Shown here piece after piece: positions 39,816 through 49,221 of a DNA stretch of 64,000 nt. A program made the position numbers and the translations under genes. Every line of letters starts with the position of its first letter. The first letter of the stretch is position 1. The DNA lies in contig JBHHUP010000001.1 of the NCBI GenBank assembly GCA_046753845.1, positions 13,343 through 77,342 on the forward strand, written 5' to 3'. The notes beneath the pieces are model-generated. The model was given only the letters and a program-made list of their open reading frames with translations. It ran no database searches and was not told where the DNA came from. Origin of the DNA: Thermodesulfobacteriota bacterium. Lineage in GTDB: Bacteria; Desulfobacterota; GWC2-55-46; JADFVP01.

Positions 39816-39910
39816 TTTTGATAAGCAATACCAATATCGTTTAGTTGAAAAAACCAACCCAACCTACGAAAAACCTCGCCTTGCCTTTCTATCTTTTAAG
39901 CTTGCCCCCC

Positions 39911-40699
39911 TCAGAACATATGACTGCTCTTCATCAGGAGGCTTACGCCAAGATAGGTAAAGAGCAGAAGTCCAAACCCGATTATCGTGGCCACGGATAG
40001 CCCCCTGCCGCGCCACTTTCTTATGTACCACGCGTGCATGGCCCCAGCGTAATAGAACCACAAAATAAAACTCCAGATGCTCTTCGGCTCCCAGAGCCAA
40101 TACGCGCCCCAGGCCAAATACCCCCAGACAGCCCCTGATATCATGGCCCCTGAGAATAATAAAAAACCCCATAGCACGCCCTTACCTGCAATATCCTCGT
40201 ATTTTCTTAGAGTATTCCTATCTGCACCACCTGCTCTCAGAGAGTAATATAAATACAATACCGCCCCGGCAAAGGCCAGCGTAAATAAGGCGTAGGCCGC
40301 AAAGGATAAGGTCACGTGAGACTCGAACCATCGGGTGCGGAGTATAAGGTTAAGGGGACGGCCGGCCTCGTACCTTGAGAGGGCAAAGACAAGGGCGAGT
40401 ATTGATACGGGAAGTGTAATAAGGCCCGGCGCACGCTCTCTGTACCTGAGGATTACGATGATGGTTACAAGGACGGTGCACCAGGAGTAAAAGATAAGGG
40501 TCTCGAACATAGAGGCCATGGGCACGTGGCCTGTGGCGATCATCCTTAGTATTAGGGCTATGGTCTGCGCGATAAAGCCAAGGGAGATAAGTCCCGTTGA
40601 GATGCGTCCCGTTAGGCGGCATTTTCCCGTGCGCCCCGTGAGGATAACAAGGACATCAAGAAGATAAAAAAGGGCCGCAAGCTTAAGGAGTATTAACAC
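39911..40699 (-). CDS. cytochrome c assembly (CcsA/YpjD-like) membrane protein
   Basis: 262 aa, polytopic, with a Trp-rich motif WGYLAWGAYWLWEPKSIWSF resembling the WWD heme-handling motif. Confidence 0.65.
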   Translation of the reverse strand: MLILLKLAALFYLLDVLVILTGRTGKCRLTGRISTGLISLGFIAQTIALILRMIATGHVPMASMFETLIFYSWCTVLVTIIVILRYRERAPGLITLPVSILALVFALSRYEAGRPLNLILRTRWFESHVTLSFAAYALFTLAFAGAVLYLYYSLRAGGADRNTLRKYEDIAGKGVLWGFLLFSGAMISGAVWGYLAWGAYWLWEPKSIWSFILWFYYAGAMHAWYIRKWRGRGLSVATIIGFGLLLFTYLGVSLLMKSSHMF

Positions 40700-40708
40700 A
40701 GACCGCCT

Positions 40709-41353
40709 CTACCTGCCCTTCTCGCCGGGCCAGATACGGGCATGAAGCTGAAGCTGAAACCTGACGGCAAGCCTATCCTCAAGGACCCACTCAGCAAGGG
40801 TCTTTGGCTGAAGGTTTCCGTTGACGGGAGAGAAGAGAATTTTATCGGGCCCGGGAAGGAATAAATGATGAGAGGTGATAAAGTCCACGGCAAACTCATA
40901 ATCCGCCCTATCGCCGATTACAAACTTCACTTCATCATTGGGGCTGAGGCGATTAAGGTTCTCCATGTGAAAACTATCTGAGGCCCCGCTTGAGGGGCAT
41001 TTCACATCCACTACCCTTACTACCCCGTCAGGGACGCGGCTTATATCAATGCTACCGTTGGTCTCAAGGAGCACGGTATCAAATGAATCAAGGAGGCGGC
41101 CCGCAAAGGCTGCCGTATCACTTTGCAAAAGAGGCTCCCCGCCGGAGATCTCAATAAGGCCCCGTGGAAATTTTTCAACTTCCTCTACTACCTCATCCAC
41201 GCTTTTATCTACAGCGCCCTCCTCTGTTCGGGCATAGGCGGTATCGCACCAGGAGCACTCGAGATTACACCCCGCGAGGCGTACAAAGACACATGGAAGC
41301 CCGGTAAAGGTGGACTCGCCCTGAAGGCTGAAAAAAATCTCGTTAATCAGCAT
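40709..41353 (-). CDS. queE: 7-carboxy-7-deazaguanine synthase (radical SAM)
   Basis: 214 aa. The N-terminus EIFFSLQGESTFTGLPCVFVRLAGCNLECSWCDT is the QueE signature. Confidence 0.85.
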   Translation of the reverse strand: MLINEIFFSLQGESTFTGLPCVFVRLAGCNLECSWCDTAYARTEEGAVDKSVDEVVEEVEKFPRGLIEISGGEPLLQSDTAAFAGRLLDSFDTVLLETNGSIDISRVPDGVVRVVDVKCPSSGASDSFHMENLNRLSPNDEVKFVIGDRADYEFAVDFITSHHLFLPGPDKILFSPVNGNLQPKTLAEWVLEDRLAVRFQLQLHARIWPGEKGR

Positions 41354-41374
41354 GACAAATACAGAGGCATTGGA

Positions 41375-43840
41375 TTACACCTTCTTATCTTCACCGTTGT
41401 TATTATCATCGTTATTCTCCGTCTTTGCTTTTTTTCTCGCGGGTTTGGGCCGCCCAAAGGCCTTGTAGCCCTTTGCGAGCTCACGCAGCTTGTCCTCTAC
41501 CTTGCGGTTCACGGTACCGGCAGGGTACTTTCCATCGGCGCCGCGTATTCCAGCTGTCTTACCTGTAAGTATCTCTATGCCGTCATTGATGTCGCCTATG
41601 GAGTAAATGGAGAATTGTCCTTTCTCCACGGCATCACGCACATCTTTCTTTAACATCAGATTTCGTACATTACGCCCCGGGATTATTACACCCTGCTCAC
41701 CTGTAAGGCCCTTTGCCAGACATACATCAAAAAATCCCTCTATCTTCTCATTCACCCCGCCTATGGGCTGAACCTCGCCTTTCTGGTTCATGGAGCCGGT
41801 GATGGCAAGGCCCTGCTTGATGGGGATCTCAGAGAGGCTCGATATCAACGCGTAGATTTCAGCGCATGTGGCGCTATCGCCCTCTATGCCCTCATAGAGC
41901 TGCTCAAAACATACCGAGGCAGAGAGCGTAAGGGGAAAGCCCCTGGCAAAACGCGCGCCAAGAAAACTCTTCAGTATCATATGGGCCTTATTATGAATGC
42001 GGCCGCTCATCTTGGCCTCTCGCTCTATATTAACAACACCGGTATCACCCATGTATGTGCGTGCAGTTATGCGCGATGGTTTTCCAAAGGTGTAATCACC
42101 GAGGCTAAGAACGGCAAGGCCGTTAATCTGACCTACCGCCACGCCCTCGGTCTGCACCATGATGGTGTCTTCCTCAATGTATTCACGGAGACGGTCCTCT
42201 ATACGCGAATGCCTGTAGACTTTTTCTGTAAGGGCACGCTCCACGTACTCCCCTGTGACAAGCTCTGCCCCATCGGCCCCGGCCCAGTAACTTGCCTCTT
42301 CGACAAGGTTCTGTATATCATTAAAACGCGTCGAGAGTTTGTTCTTCTGCCCGGCAAGCCGTGAGCCGTACTCCACCACACGGGCAACGCCTGTTCTGTC
42401 AAAGGGCACAAGAGAGTCTTTGCCGCAGCAGGCCGAGATAAAATAAGCGTACTTCTCGGAGTTATCCCTGTCCCGTTTCATGGTGCTCTCAAAGTCGGCC
42501 TTTACCTTGAAGAGTTTTCTATACTCCCTGTCCTGACTATAGAGGAGATAATACAAAAATGGGTCACCGACAAGGACGAACTTTATATCAACTGGAATGG
42601 CCTCAGGTTTAAGCGTAGAGGTAGAGACAACCTTGTACTGCTCCCAGACATCCTCAATCTTCACCTCGCGGTTCTTTATCATCCGCTTGATGGAATCATA
42701 AACAAATATATTCTTTAAGACGTCAAGGGCATTTACCACAAGATAACCTCCGTTGGCCTTGTGAATGGAGCCTCCCTTGATCATGGTAAAATCCGTTGAT
42801 GCCACACCAAGCTGGACCCTGTACTCGATACGCCCGAAGAGATTATAATACGTGGGGTTTGAATCAAAGACCACGGGCGCGCCCTCGGTCTCGCTGTTAT
42901 TAACTATAAGGTTAACCCTGTACCTCTCATAAGGCGGCTCCTGCTTCTGCTGCAGATTCAGCCCGCCTATGGCAAGGGGCATGGGCTCGCCGGGCTTGAA
43001 GTCGTCAAGGTTAGCGAATATATGGGCCTTCACGCGGCCAAGATACTCCACCACTTTCTCAAAGCCATCGAATTTTTCAAGGAGCTCATTTATTATTGGG
43101 TTAACAACATACTGCACCATCTCCCTGTCAAGGGCGGCAATCCTCTCCCTTGTATCCTTCTCAATCTTCTTTGCCTCACGGATGGCCGCCGAGAGCTTAT
43201 CCTGCAGGAGTTTCAGGTTACTCTCTACCTTTGCCCGCTCCTCAGCGGGAAGTTTATCAAAGACCTCCTGCTTCATGGGTTTGCCGTCTCTTGCCGGGAC
43301 CATCGCAAGGCCAGATGAGCTTTTACGAAGTATCAGTCCATGCTCAAGGGCGGTTTTTTCAAGCCTTGAGAATATTGCCTTCGTACTCTCCTGCTGTCCG
43401 TCGAGTATCTCGTCTCTATGGCTCTCATAGTCTTTTGTCTCAAAGACACGGGGGATATCCCTCTTAAGAGAAGCTATGAGCCCGTTCATCTCCTCTACAA
43501 AAAAATGGCCCTTCCCCGGAGGCAGCCTTATGGCCATGGGAGTGTCGGGTGAGATAAAATTATGGACATAACACCAGTCATCGGGGCAGGTTTCCTCGGC
43601 AGCCTTCTTCTTAATAAAATCCATTACGGTAGTGTGCTTGCCTGTGCCGCCCTCGCCGAGGACAAATATATTGTAAGAGGAATTACGTATGCCGAGGCCG
43701 AACTCTATGGAGCGTATGGCCCTCTCCTGCCCGATTATCTCGTGCAGAGACGGCAGGTCTACCGTACTCTCAAAAGAAAACTCCGAAGCGTCAAAAAGCT
43801 CTGCTAACTCCGAGACCTCAAGCCTCTCTGGTCCTGGCAT
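41375..43840 (-). CDS. Lon-like ATP-dependent protease (AAA+ with long insertion, S16 protease domain)
   Basis: 821 aa with Walker A GEGGTGKHT and a C-terminal Lon protease domain containing the catalytic-Ser context (AITGSMNQKGEVQPIGGVNEKIEGF). It ends in a basic/acidic low-complexity tail. Confidence 0.75.
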   Translation of the reverse strand: MPGPERLEVSELAELFDASEFSFESTVDLPSLHEIIGQERAIRSIEFGLGIRNSSYNIFVLGEGGTGKHTTVMDFIKKKAAEETCPDDWCYVHNFISPDTPMAIRLPPGKGHFFVEEMNGLIASLKRDIPRVFETKDYESHRDEILDGQQESTKAIFSRLEKTALEHGLILRKSSSGLAMVPARDGKPMKQEVFDKLPAEERAKVESNLKLLQDKLSAAIREAKKIEKDTRERIAALDREMVQYVVNPIINELLEKFDGFEKVVEYLGRVKAHIFANLDDFKPGEPMPLAIGGLNLQQKQEPPYERYRVNLIVNNSETEGAPVVFDSNPTYYNLFGRIEYRVQLGVASTDFTMIKGGSIHKANGGYLVVNALDVLKNIFVYDSIKRMIKNREVKIEDVWEQYKVVSTSTLKPEAIPVDIKFVLVGDPFLYYLLYSQDREYRKLFKVKADFESTMKRDRDNSEKYAYFISACCGKDSLVPFDRTGVARVVEYGSRLAGQKNKLSTRFNDIQNLVEEASYWAGADGAELVTGEYVERALTEKVYRHSRIEDRLREYIEEDTIMVQTEGVAVGQINGLAVLSLGDYTFGKPSRITARTYMGDTGVVNIEREAKMSGRIHNKAHMILKSFLGARFARGFPLTLSASVCFEQLYEGIEGDSATCAEIYALISSLSEIPIKQGLAITGSMNQKGEVQPIGGVNEKIEGFFDVCLAKGLTGEQGVIIPGRNVRNLMLKKDVRDAVEKGQFSIYSIGDINDGIEILTGKTAGIRGADGKYPAGTVNRKVEDKLRELAKGYKAFGRPKPARKKAKTENNDDNNNGEDKKV

Positions 43841-43887
43841 AATCCCACCCCTTCTAAGTTTATTTTTTTAAAGCGACGCTCTTATTA

Positions 43888-44862
43888 TCAATGCAGATGC
43901 CCGTGCCCGTGCTCATTGCCCCTGTGCGAAACGCTTCCGAATAACCCCGGGCTCGTGCAGCCTATGCACTCTGCCTGTAAGGTAGTATAAAATATATGAT
44001 GGTCACGGGCAAGATTTTCATTGAGTTCCTTGTAAATCTCACCCATCCGCCACCTCTCATCCTTTATTATATCTATATGGGCGCTCATGGCATATACGTT
44101 ATGACATATGCTCCAGATATGAAGGTCATGCACCGAGTCTACTCCTTGTGTACCGGTCATATCAAGGACTACCTTTGCGATATCCACATCAGGGGGCACC
44201 CCCTCAAGGAGTATATTTGATGAATCCCTGAGAATTCGCGCGATACCAAAGAGCAGAACCACGCAGATGGATATGCTTATAAGGGGGTCTACGGTACTCC
44301 AGCCCGTGAAGTAAATAATAACAGCGGCAATAATGACACCCACAGAAGCCGCGGCGTCACCTGCAACGTGCAAGAAGGCGCTCTTTATATTCATATCAGT
44401 GGACGAAAGAGGGGCGAGCCACATGGCCACGATAAGGTTCACGACAAGGCCTACCACAGCGATGATGAACATACCAAGGCCCTCCACCTCTATGGGATGG
44501 AGTATCCTCTTATAGGCGCTGTAAAAGACAAAAAGAGTTACGATAAGAAGGGTGAAACTGTTGACAAAAGCAACAAAGACCTCCACTCTGTGAAGCCCGT
44601 ATGTCCTTTTTTCCGTAGGCGCAAGCTCGGAGATGTATATGGCCGATAAGGTAAGGCCCAGGGCAAATACGTCCATGAACACGTGAGCCGCATCCGTCAT
44701 GAGGGCCAGACTGCTCGTAAGATATCCGCCCACAAGCTCCACAAAGAATATAATCCCCGTAAGGGCTATGGAGACAGCAAGCCTCTTCTTCAGCCTCCTC
44801 TCAGAGGGGGAGGCCGCGTATGGACCTGCGTCTGTATTTTTCAGTTTTTCTTCCATCACCAT
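43888..44862 (-). CDS. cation diffusion facilitator (CDF) family metal efflux transporter
   Basis: 324 aa with six TM helices, HVFMD and HVAGD metal-site motifs, and a His-rich C-terminus HRGNEHGHGHLH. Confidence 0.85.
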   Translation of the reverse strand: MVMEEKLKNTDAGPYAASPSERRLKKRLAVSIALTGIIFFVELVGGYLTSSLALMTDAAHVFMDVFALGLTLSAIYISELAPTEKRTYGLHRVEVFVAFVNSFTLLIVTLFVFYSAYKRILHPIEVEGLGMFIIAVVGLVVNLIVAMWLAPLSSTDMNIKSAFLHVAGDAAASVGVIIAAVIIYFTGWSTVDPLISISICVVLLFGIARILRDSSNILLEGVPPDVDIAKVVLDMTGTQGVDSVHDLHIWSICHNVYAMSAHIDIIKDERWRMGEIYKELNENLARDHHIFYTTLQAECIGCTSPGLFGSVSHRGNEHGHGHLH

Positions 44863-44871
44863 AAAAACGCC

Positions 44872-45966
44872 CTAAGGGATTATCCAGATACTCTCCTTCT
44901 TTAATAATAAACTGATATCATGGCCCTCGGCAAGGTCTAAATCCCGCATGACAAAGTTTGGCAGCTCTACCTTAAGGATACTCTTTCCCGTATCCACGAA
45001 GATGCTGTGCGTAGTGCCTCTGCCTGTAAGGGATACAATTCGGCCCTCCAAAACATTGGCCCCCCTGCCGTGCTCCATAGCCCTGCCTTTTCTTACTACA
45101 GGTATCTCCTCCGGCCTTATGCAGAAAGAGACTTTTTTGCCCTCTTTAAGTCTCTGCGGCTCTGCAGATACCTGTAAAACCCGAAGCTCTCCAGTAGACT
45201 CGCTGCAGAGCCTTACTTCATGCTCCGAAGAGTATACAACAGAGCCGGAAAAGATATTCCTTGTCCCCACAAAACGTGCCACATTACGCGTAGCAGGGCG
45301 GTAAAAAACATCCTCACTGCTTCCGAACTGCTCCACAGAGCCGTCATTTATCACGGCGATGGAGCTGCCCATCATAAAGGCCTCCTCAAGGTCATGAGTA
45401 ACCATTATAATGGTTATGGGAAAACGCTCGTGGATAAGTTTAAGGTCACGGCGGAGTTTTTCTCGCACCTGATAATCAAGAGCAGAGAAAGGCTCATCAA
45501 GAAGAAGTATACGAGGCGAGGTGGCAAGGGTACGGGCAAGGGCGGCGCGCTGCTTCTGACCTCCCGATAACTCATGAGGGAATCTTTTGTCAAGGCCCTT
45601 AAGACGCATAATCTCAAGAAGCTCTCCAACAAGAGCGGTACGGGCTTCCCTGCCTTGCTCCGAAACGCCGTAAGCGATATTATCATATACACTCATATGA
45701 GGAAAAAGAGCGTAGTCCTGAAAAAGATGACCTACCCGCCGCTTTCTTACAGGTACGTTAATGCCCGCTGATGAATCAAAGACAGGAGCACCGGCTATCT
45801 CTACAAGACCCCCGTCAGGATGCTCAATGCCGGAGATAAGTTTTAAGATAAGGCTCTTGCCTGCCCCCGAAGGACCGAAGAGCACGTTCAAGTCCTCGCC
45901 CATGGAGAAAGAGACATCAAGAGAGAAGTCCTTGAAAGATTTTTTTAAACTTAAGTTAAGACTCAT
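44872..45966 (-). CDS. modC: molybdate ABC transporter ATP-binding protein
   Basis: 364 aa with Walker A GPSGAGKS, the signature LSGGQKQR, and a C-terminal TOBE-like domain. Context with modB and modA supports the call. Confidence 0.8.
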   Translation of the reverse strand: MSLNLSLKKSFKDFSLDVSFSMGEDLNVLFGPSGAGKSLILKLISGIEHPDGGLVEIAGAPVFDSSAGINVPVRKRRVGHLFQDYALFPHMSVYDNIAYGVSEQGREARTALVGELLEIMRLKGLDKRFPHELSGGQKQRAALARTLATSPRILLLDEPFSALDYQVREKLRRDLKLIHERFPITIIMVTHDLEEAFMMGSSIAVINDGSVEQFGSSEDVFYRPATRNVARFVGTRNIFSGSVVYSSEHEVRLCSESTGELRVLQVSAEPQRLKEGKKVSFCIRPEEIPVVRKGRAMEHGRGANVLEGRIVSLTGRGTTHSIFVDTGKSILKVELPNFVMRDLDLAEGHDISLLLKKESIWIIP

Positions 45967-45974
45967 TCAAAAAA

Positions 45975-46210
45975 CCTTCCTTACTTTCTTTTGGAAAAAA
46001 GAAAGTAAGATAAAGAAAACCAATAGCCCGTTCCTAAACACAATGTTCCATAAATATAGTGGCTGCGCAAAGACAACATAACTCAAATGATAATTCCTTA
46101 CTTTCTTTTGGAAAAAAGAAAGTAAGATAAAGAAAACCCATGGCCCGTATCTACACTTGTTTTTTTATAAGTACAACTGCTACGCAAAAACTTAATACCC
46201 TAGCTTAGAA
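45975..46210. repeat. two tandem ~117-bp units of the hairpin-repeat family, in the modB-modC spacer
   Basis: Perfect 13-bp-stem hairpins cttactttctttt-ggaa-aaaagaaagtaag occur at 45980-46009 and 46097-46126. Each is followed by ataaagaaaacc[ac]at[ag]gcccg and a related tail. Confidence 0.8.
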
Positions 46211-46219
46211 CTAAAATAC

Positions 46220-46876
46220 TTAAAACCTGCCTTTTGTAAAAATGCCCGCTATGTAAAGAACAACAAAAGAAAAAAGCGTTACTATCAAGACAAGGATATT
46301 GGCCATGTGACTATCACCCATCTGCACGGCATCGTAAATGGCAAGGGGCATGGTCCTTGTAAGACCCGGGATGTTGCCTGCCACCATCAGGGTGGCACCG
46401 AACTCTCCTGTGGCACGCGCAAAGGCCATAACCGTACCTGCGGCAATACCGCGCCAGGCAAGGGGCAGCGTAATGGTGCGAAAGACCTGCGACTCCGTCT
46501 TTCCAAGTATCCTTGCGGCGTCCTCGTACTCACGGCCCACGCCCTCAATAGCGGCCCTCGTTGGTTTCACAAAGAGCGGCAGCGCTGATATTACAGCCGC
46601 AATTACAGCCCCTTTCCACGTAAAAATTAGCTCAACACCGAGGGTCTCTGAGAAAAAAGAACCAATAAAAGACGAGCGGCCAAGGAGAGTCAATAGATAA
46701 TAACCCAGTACGGTAGGCGGCAGGACAAGAGGCTGCATTATAAGAACATCAAGTACATTCTTACCAACAAAATTCTTCTTCGCAAGTAACAAAGCAAGAC
46801 AAAGGCCGATAAAAGCCACAAAGACCGTAGCCGTTATAGAGACCTTAATGGTAAGGTAAAGTGGAAATAAATTCAT
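46220..46876 (-). CDS. modB: molybdate ABC transporter permease
   Basis: 218 aa. The EAA-loop region (AAIEGVGREYEDAARILGKTESQVFRTITLPLA) is typical of ModB/CysTW permeases. Confidence 0.85.
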   Translation of the reverse strand: MNLFPLYLTIKVSITATVFVAFIGLCLALLLAKKNFVGKNVLDVLIMQPLVLPPTVLGYYLLTLLGRSSFIGSFFSETLGVELIFTWKGAVIAAVISALPLFVKPTRAAIEGVGREYEDAARILGKTESQVFRTITLPLAWRGIAAGTVMAFARATGEFGATLMVAGNIPGLTRTMPLAIYDAVQMGDSHMANILVLIVTLFSFVVLYIAGIFTKGRF

Positions 46877-46909
46877 AATTGACCTATCACTGCCTGATTT
46901 TTTTTTGGC

Positions 46910-47677
46910 TTAGGGTCTCGTAAAACCATATTTTTTAAGTATAGAGATGGCCGCATCTCCTGTAAGATAGCGAATAAATTTCTCTGCGGCATTTTTGTGT
47001 ACCGTCGTGCCTACAACCGCGACGCTCTGCAGGATAGGTTTATGAAGGGCCCTGTCTAAGGGTACAATTCTTATCCCCTCACGCTTTGCCACAGAGAGGG
47101 CTATGATACCGGCATCCACATTACCGCTCTCCACGAACTGCAGAGTCTGTCTTACGTTCTCACCGTAAACGAGTTTTGTCCTCACACCTTCCCATACCCC
47201 CGCACTTTTCAGCGCCTCTACGGCGGCCCTGCCATAAGGCGCGTGAAGAGGGTTGGCTATGGCCACCCTTCCTATATCTTTACCGGTTAAATCCTCGAGC
47301 CCTCTTAGATCATTACTATAACCTCTAAGCATGGCCAGGACTATGGCACCATCGGCAAAAGCCCGCACTGAGCCGCCGGACACAGATCCGTGCCTTACGA
47401 GATCATCTATAAAAATTTTATTAGCGGAGATAAAGACATCAAAGGGCGCGCCGCGCTCTATCTGTCTTGCCAGAATACCTGATGATCCGAAGACGAGCTT
47501 TACGGCTGTGTGATTACCGCGTGAAAAAGCCTCGGCGATTTCTTTAAGAGCAAAGGAAAAGCTGCTTGCTGCGGCAACGGTAATAACCTCTCCGCCGCCT
47601 GCACACGCCGGCTTTTCTAAAGAGGATATAAAGAAAAGAACTGCGGTAAGAAGTACAAAAGATATTTTTTTTATCAT
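46910..47677 (-). CDS. modA: molybdate ABC transporter periplasmic binding protein
   Basis: ModA-like residues (VAAASSF...FGSSG...FISAN). The start is trimmed to ATG 47677 (MIKKISFVLLT signal peptide); the track ORF extends to 47758. Confidence 0.8.
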   Translation of the reverse strand: MIKKISFVLLTAVLFFISSLEKPACAGGGEVITVAAASSFSFALKEIAEAFSRGNHTAVKLVFGSSGILARQIERGAPFDVFISANKIFIDDLVRHGSVSGGSVRAFADGAIVLAMLRGYSNDLRGLEDLTGKDIGRVAIANPLHAPYGRAAVEALKSAGVWEGVRTKLVYGENVRQTLQFVESGNVDAGIIALSVAKREGIRIVPLDRALHKPILQSVAVVGTTVHKNAAEKFIRYLTGDAAISILKKYGFTRP

Positions 47678-47780
47678 AAACTTTAAAGACCTGCCGGAGG
47701 GTAATAAACCGTAACAAATTAAAGGCCCCGCAAGAGAAACTCTCCGGAGAAGACTCATATGTTATTCGGCATTTTCCCAC

Positions 47781-47811
47781 AAAAAAAACCGGCCACGGAA
47801 AGGCCGGTTAA
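47781..47811 (-). terminator. intrinsic terminator (expression platform of the Moco riboswitch)
   Basis: The minus-strand RNA is AACCGGCC-UUUCCGU-GGCCGGUU followed by U8. Confidence 0.7.
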
Positions 47812-47925
47812 AGCAGGCTCTCCTTTCCAAGTGGGGAGGCATGTCCGTTTCCAGACCATACCCTGAACGGCCCAGCCTCCTTAGCTTTTTTAAAAAGCCT
47901 TAGAAGAAGAAGGGCTCGGAGATAA
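47812..47925 (-). promoter_or_regulatory. molybdenum cofactor (Moco) riboswitch
   Basis: The minus-strand RNA is AUCUCCGAGCCC...AAGGAGGCUGGGCC...GGAAACGGACAUGCCUCCCCACUUGGAAAGGAGAGCC. The CUCCGAGCC, GCCUCCC and GGAAAGGAG blocks match the Moco RNA motif as I recall it. It sits upstream of modABC. Confidence 0.7.
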
Positions 47926-47945
47926 AATATTTAATTTTCAGATAA

Positions 47946-47974
47946 ATTGTATGGTATTTCCCCCCCTCAGTCAA
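47946..47974 (-). promoter_or_regulatory. sigma-70-type promoter for the Moco leader and modABC
   Basis: Minus strand TTGACT (47974-69), a 17-nt spacer, then TACAAT (47951-46). Confidence 0.5.
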
Positions 47975-48009
47975 GGTAAAAGCCGGACCTCCGCTGGAAC
48001 CGATAAACC

Positions 48010-49194
48010 TTAGCCCGTTAAGGATAGTAAAAAAGAGGTACCCGCGCCGCCTCGCCTAAGACCGAATGCATCGCAAAGTGTAGCGCCAAGGTCGGCAAAG
48101 GTTTTTCTTGTACCGAGGTCTACTCCGCACTTTAAGGAAGGGCCGTAAACCAGAAGCGGCACGTACTCACGGGAGTGGTCAGTAGATGGAGTCGTGGGGT
48201 CGCAGCCGTGATCCCCTGTTATAATGAGAATATCTTCAGGTCCAAGCAGAGCCATAAGCTCCGCCAATCTGGCATCTATGGCCTTAAGCGCGCGGGCACA
48301 TCCCGCGGCGTCACGCCTGTGTCCGTACCTCATATCAAAGTCTACAAGATTAGTAAATACAAGGGTGGGGCTTACGTCTGCGCCCGCATTCTTTACCGCA
48401 TCCATGGTCATCTCCAGACCATCCATATCACCCTCTGTATGCACCTCTTTTGAAAGCCCCCTGTGAGCAAAGATGTCACCAATCTTACCTATACCCGTAA
48501 CAGAGATACCCGCATTCACGAACCTCTCAAGTAGAGTGACCTCAGGCGGAAGGATAGAAAAATCCCTCCTCTCATAGGTACGTGTAAAGGCACCTGCCTT
48601 TCCAGTAAAGGGCCTTGCTATAACTCTCTGTACGTTATAATTGTCAAGAAAAGCGCGCGTCTTTTTACACACTTCATAAAGCTCCGTAATAGAGATCGCA
48701 TCCTCATGGGCAGCTATCTGAAAGACACTGTCTGCCGAGGTGTAGACAATAAGCCTGCCGGTAGCCAGATGCTCCGGCCCCAATCTGTTTATAATCTCCG
48801 TACCTGAAGCAGTCTTGCCCCATAGCCAGCCCTTGCCCGTAACCTCAGTAAACTCATGGAGCATCTTCGCTGGAAAACCATCGGGGAATGTAGGGAAAGG
48901 TTTATCAAGTATTAAACCGGCCATCTCCCAGTGTCCTGTAATGCTGTCTTTTCCCGGCGAGGCCTCTGCCATGCGTCCGTAGGACCCTTGGGGGGAGGCG
49001 GCTTTTTGAATCTCAGTTACGCCTTCGATACAGCCGAGACCAAGGGCCGCGAAGTTCGGAAGATGGAGCTTGCCAAGGGCTTTAGCCGTATTATCAAGGG
49101 TATGGCTGCCTGTGTCGCCGTAACTTGCGGCATCAGGAAGAGCCCCTACCCCGAGTCCGTCTATGACGATAATAACAGCCCTCTTAAGTTTCAT
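48010..49194 (-). CDS. deoB: phosphopentomutase
   Basis: MKLKRAVIIVIDGLGVG...GKDSITGHWEM...ITGDHGCDP. The start is trimmed to ATG 49194; the track ORF extension would run into the repeat array. Confidence 0.85.
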   Translation of the reverse strand: MKLKRAVIIVIDGLGVGALPDAASYGDTGSHTLDNTAKALGKLHLPNFAALGLGCIEGVTEIQKAASPQGSYGRMAEASPGKDSITGHWEMAGLILDKPFPTFPDGFPAKMLHEFTEVTGKGWLWGKTASGTEIINRLGPEHLATGRLIVYTSADSVFQIAAHEDAISITELYEVCKKTRAFLDNYNVQRVIARPFTGKAGAFTRTYERRDFSILPPEVTLLERFVNAGISVTGIGKIGDIFAHRGLSKEVHTEGDMDGLEMTMDAVKNAGADVSPTLVFTNLVDFDMRYGHRRDAAGCARALKAIDARLAELMALLGPEDILIITGDHGCDPTTPSTDHSREYVPLLVYGPSLKCGVDLGTRKTFADLGATLCDAFGLRRGGAGTSFLLSLTG

Positions 49195-49221
49195 AAAAAT
49201 CTCAATAAGTTTTTTTAGTGG

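Noticed and set aside
39731-39844. 37-aa plus-strand ORF (MKRLPHLTVNIREQAQPCRLGRAKRNPTILISNTNIV) downstream of the orphan promoter.
   Set aside because: It reads straight through the hairpin repeat, which is the kind of spurious peptide such repeats generate. It has no SD.
41375-43840. The Lon-like protease as a BREX (BrxL) or other defence-system component, and the adjacent queE as part of a 7-deazaguanine DNA-modification (Dpd) system.
   Set aside because: There are no methyltransferase, PglZ, BrxC or Dpd partner genes nearby. The neighbours are metal-transport and housekeeping genes. The N-terminal architecture looks like the stand-alone LonC-type family. queE alone is consistent with ordinary queuosine biosynthesis.
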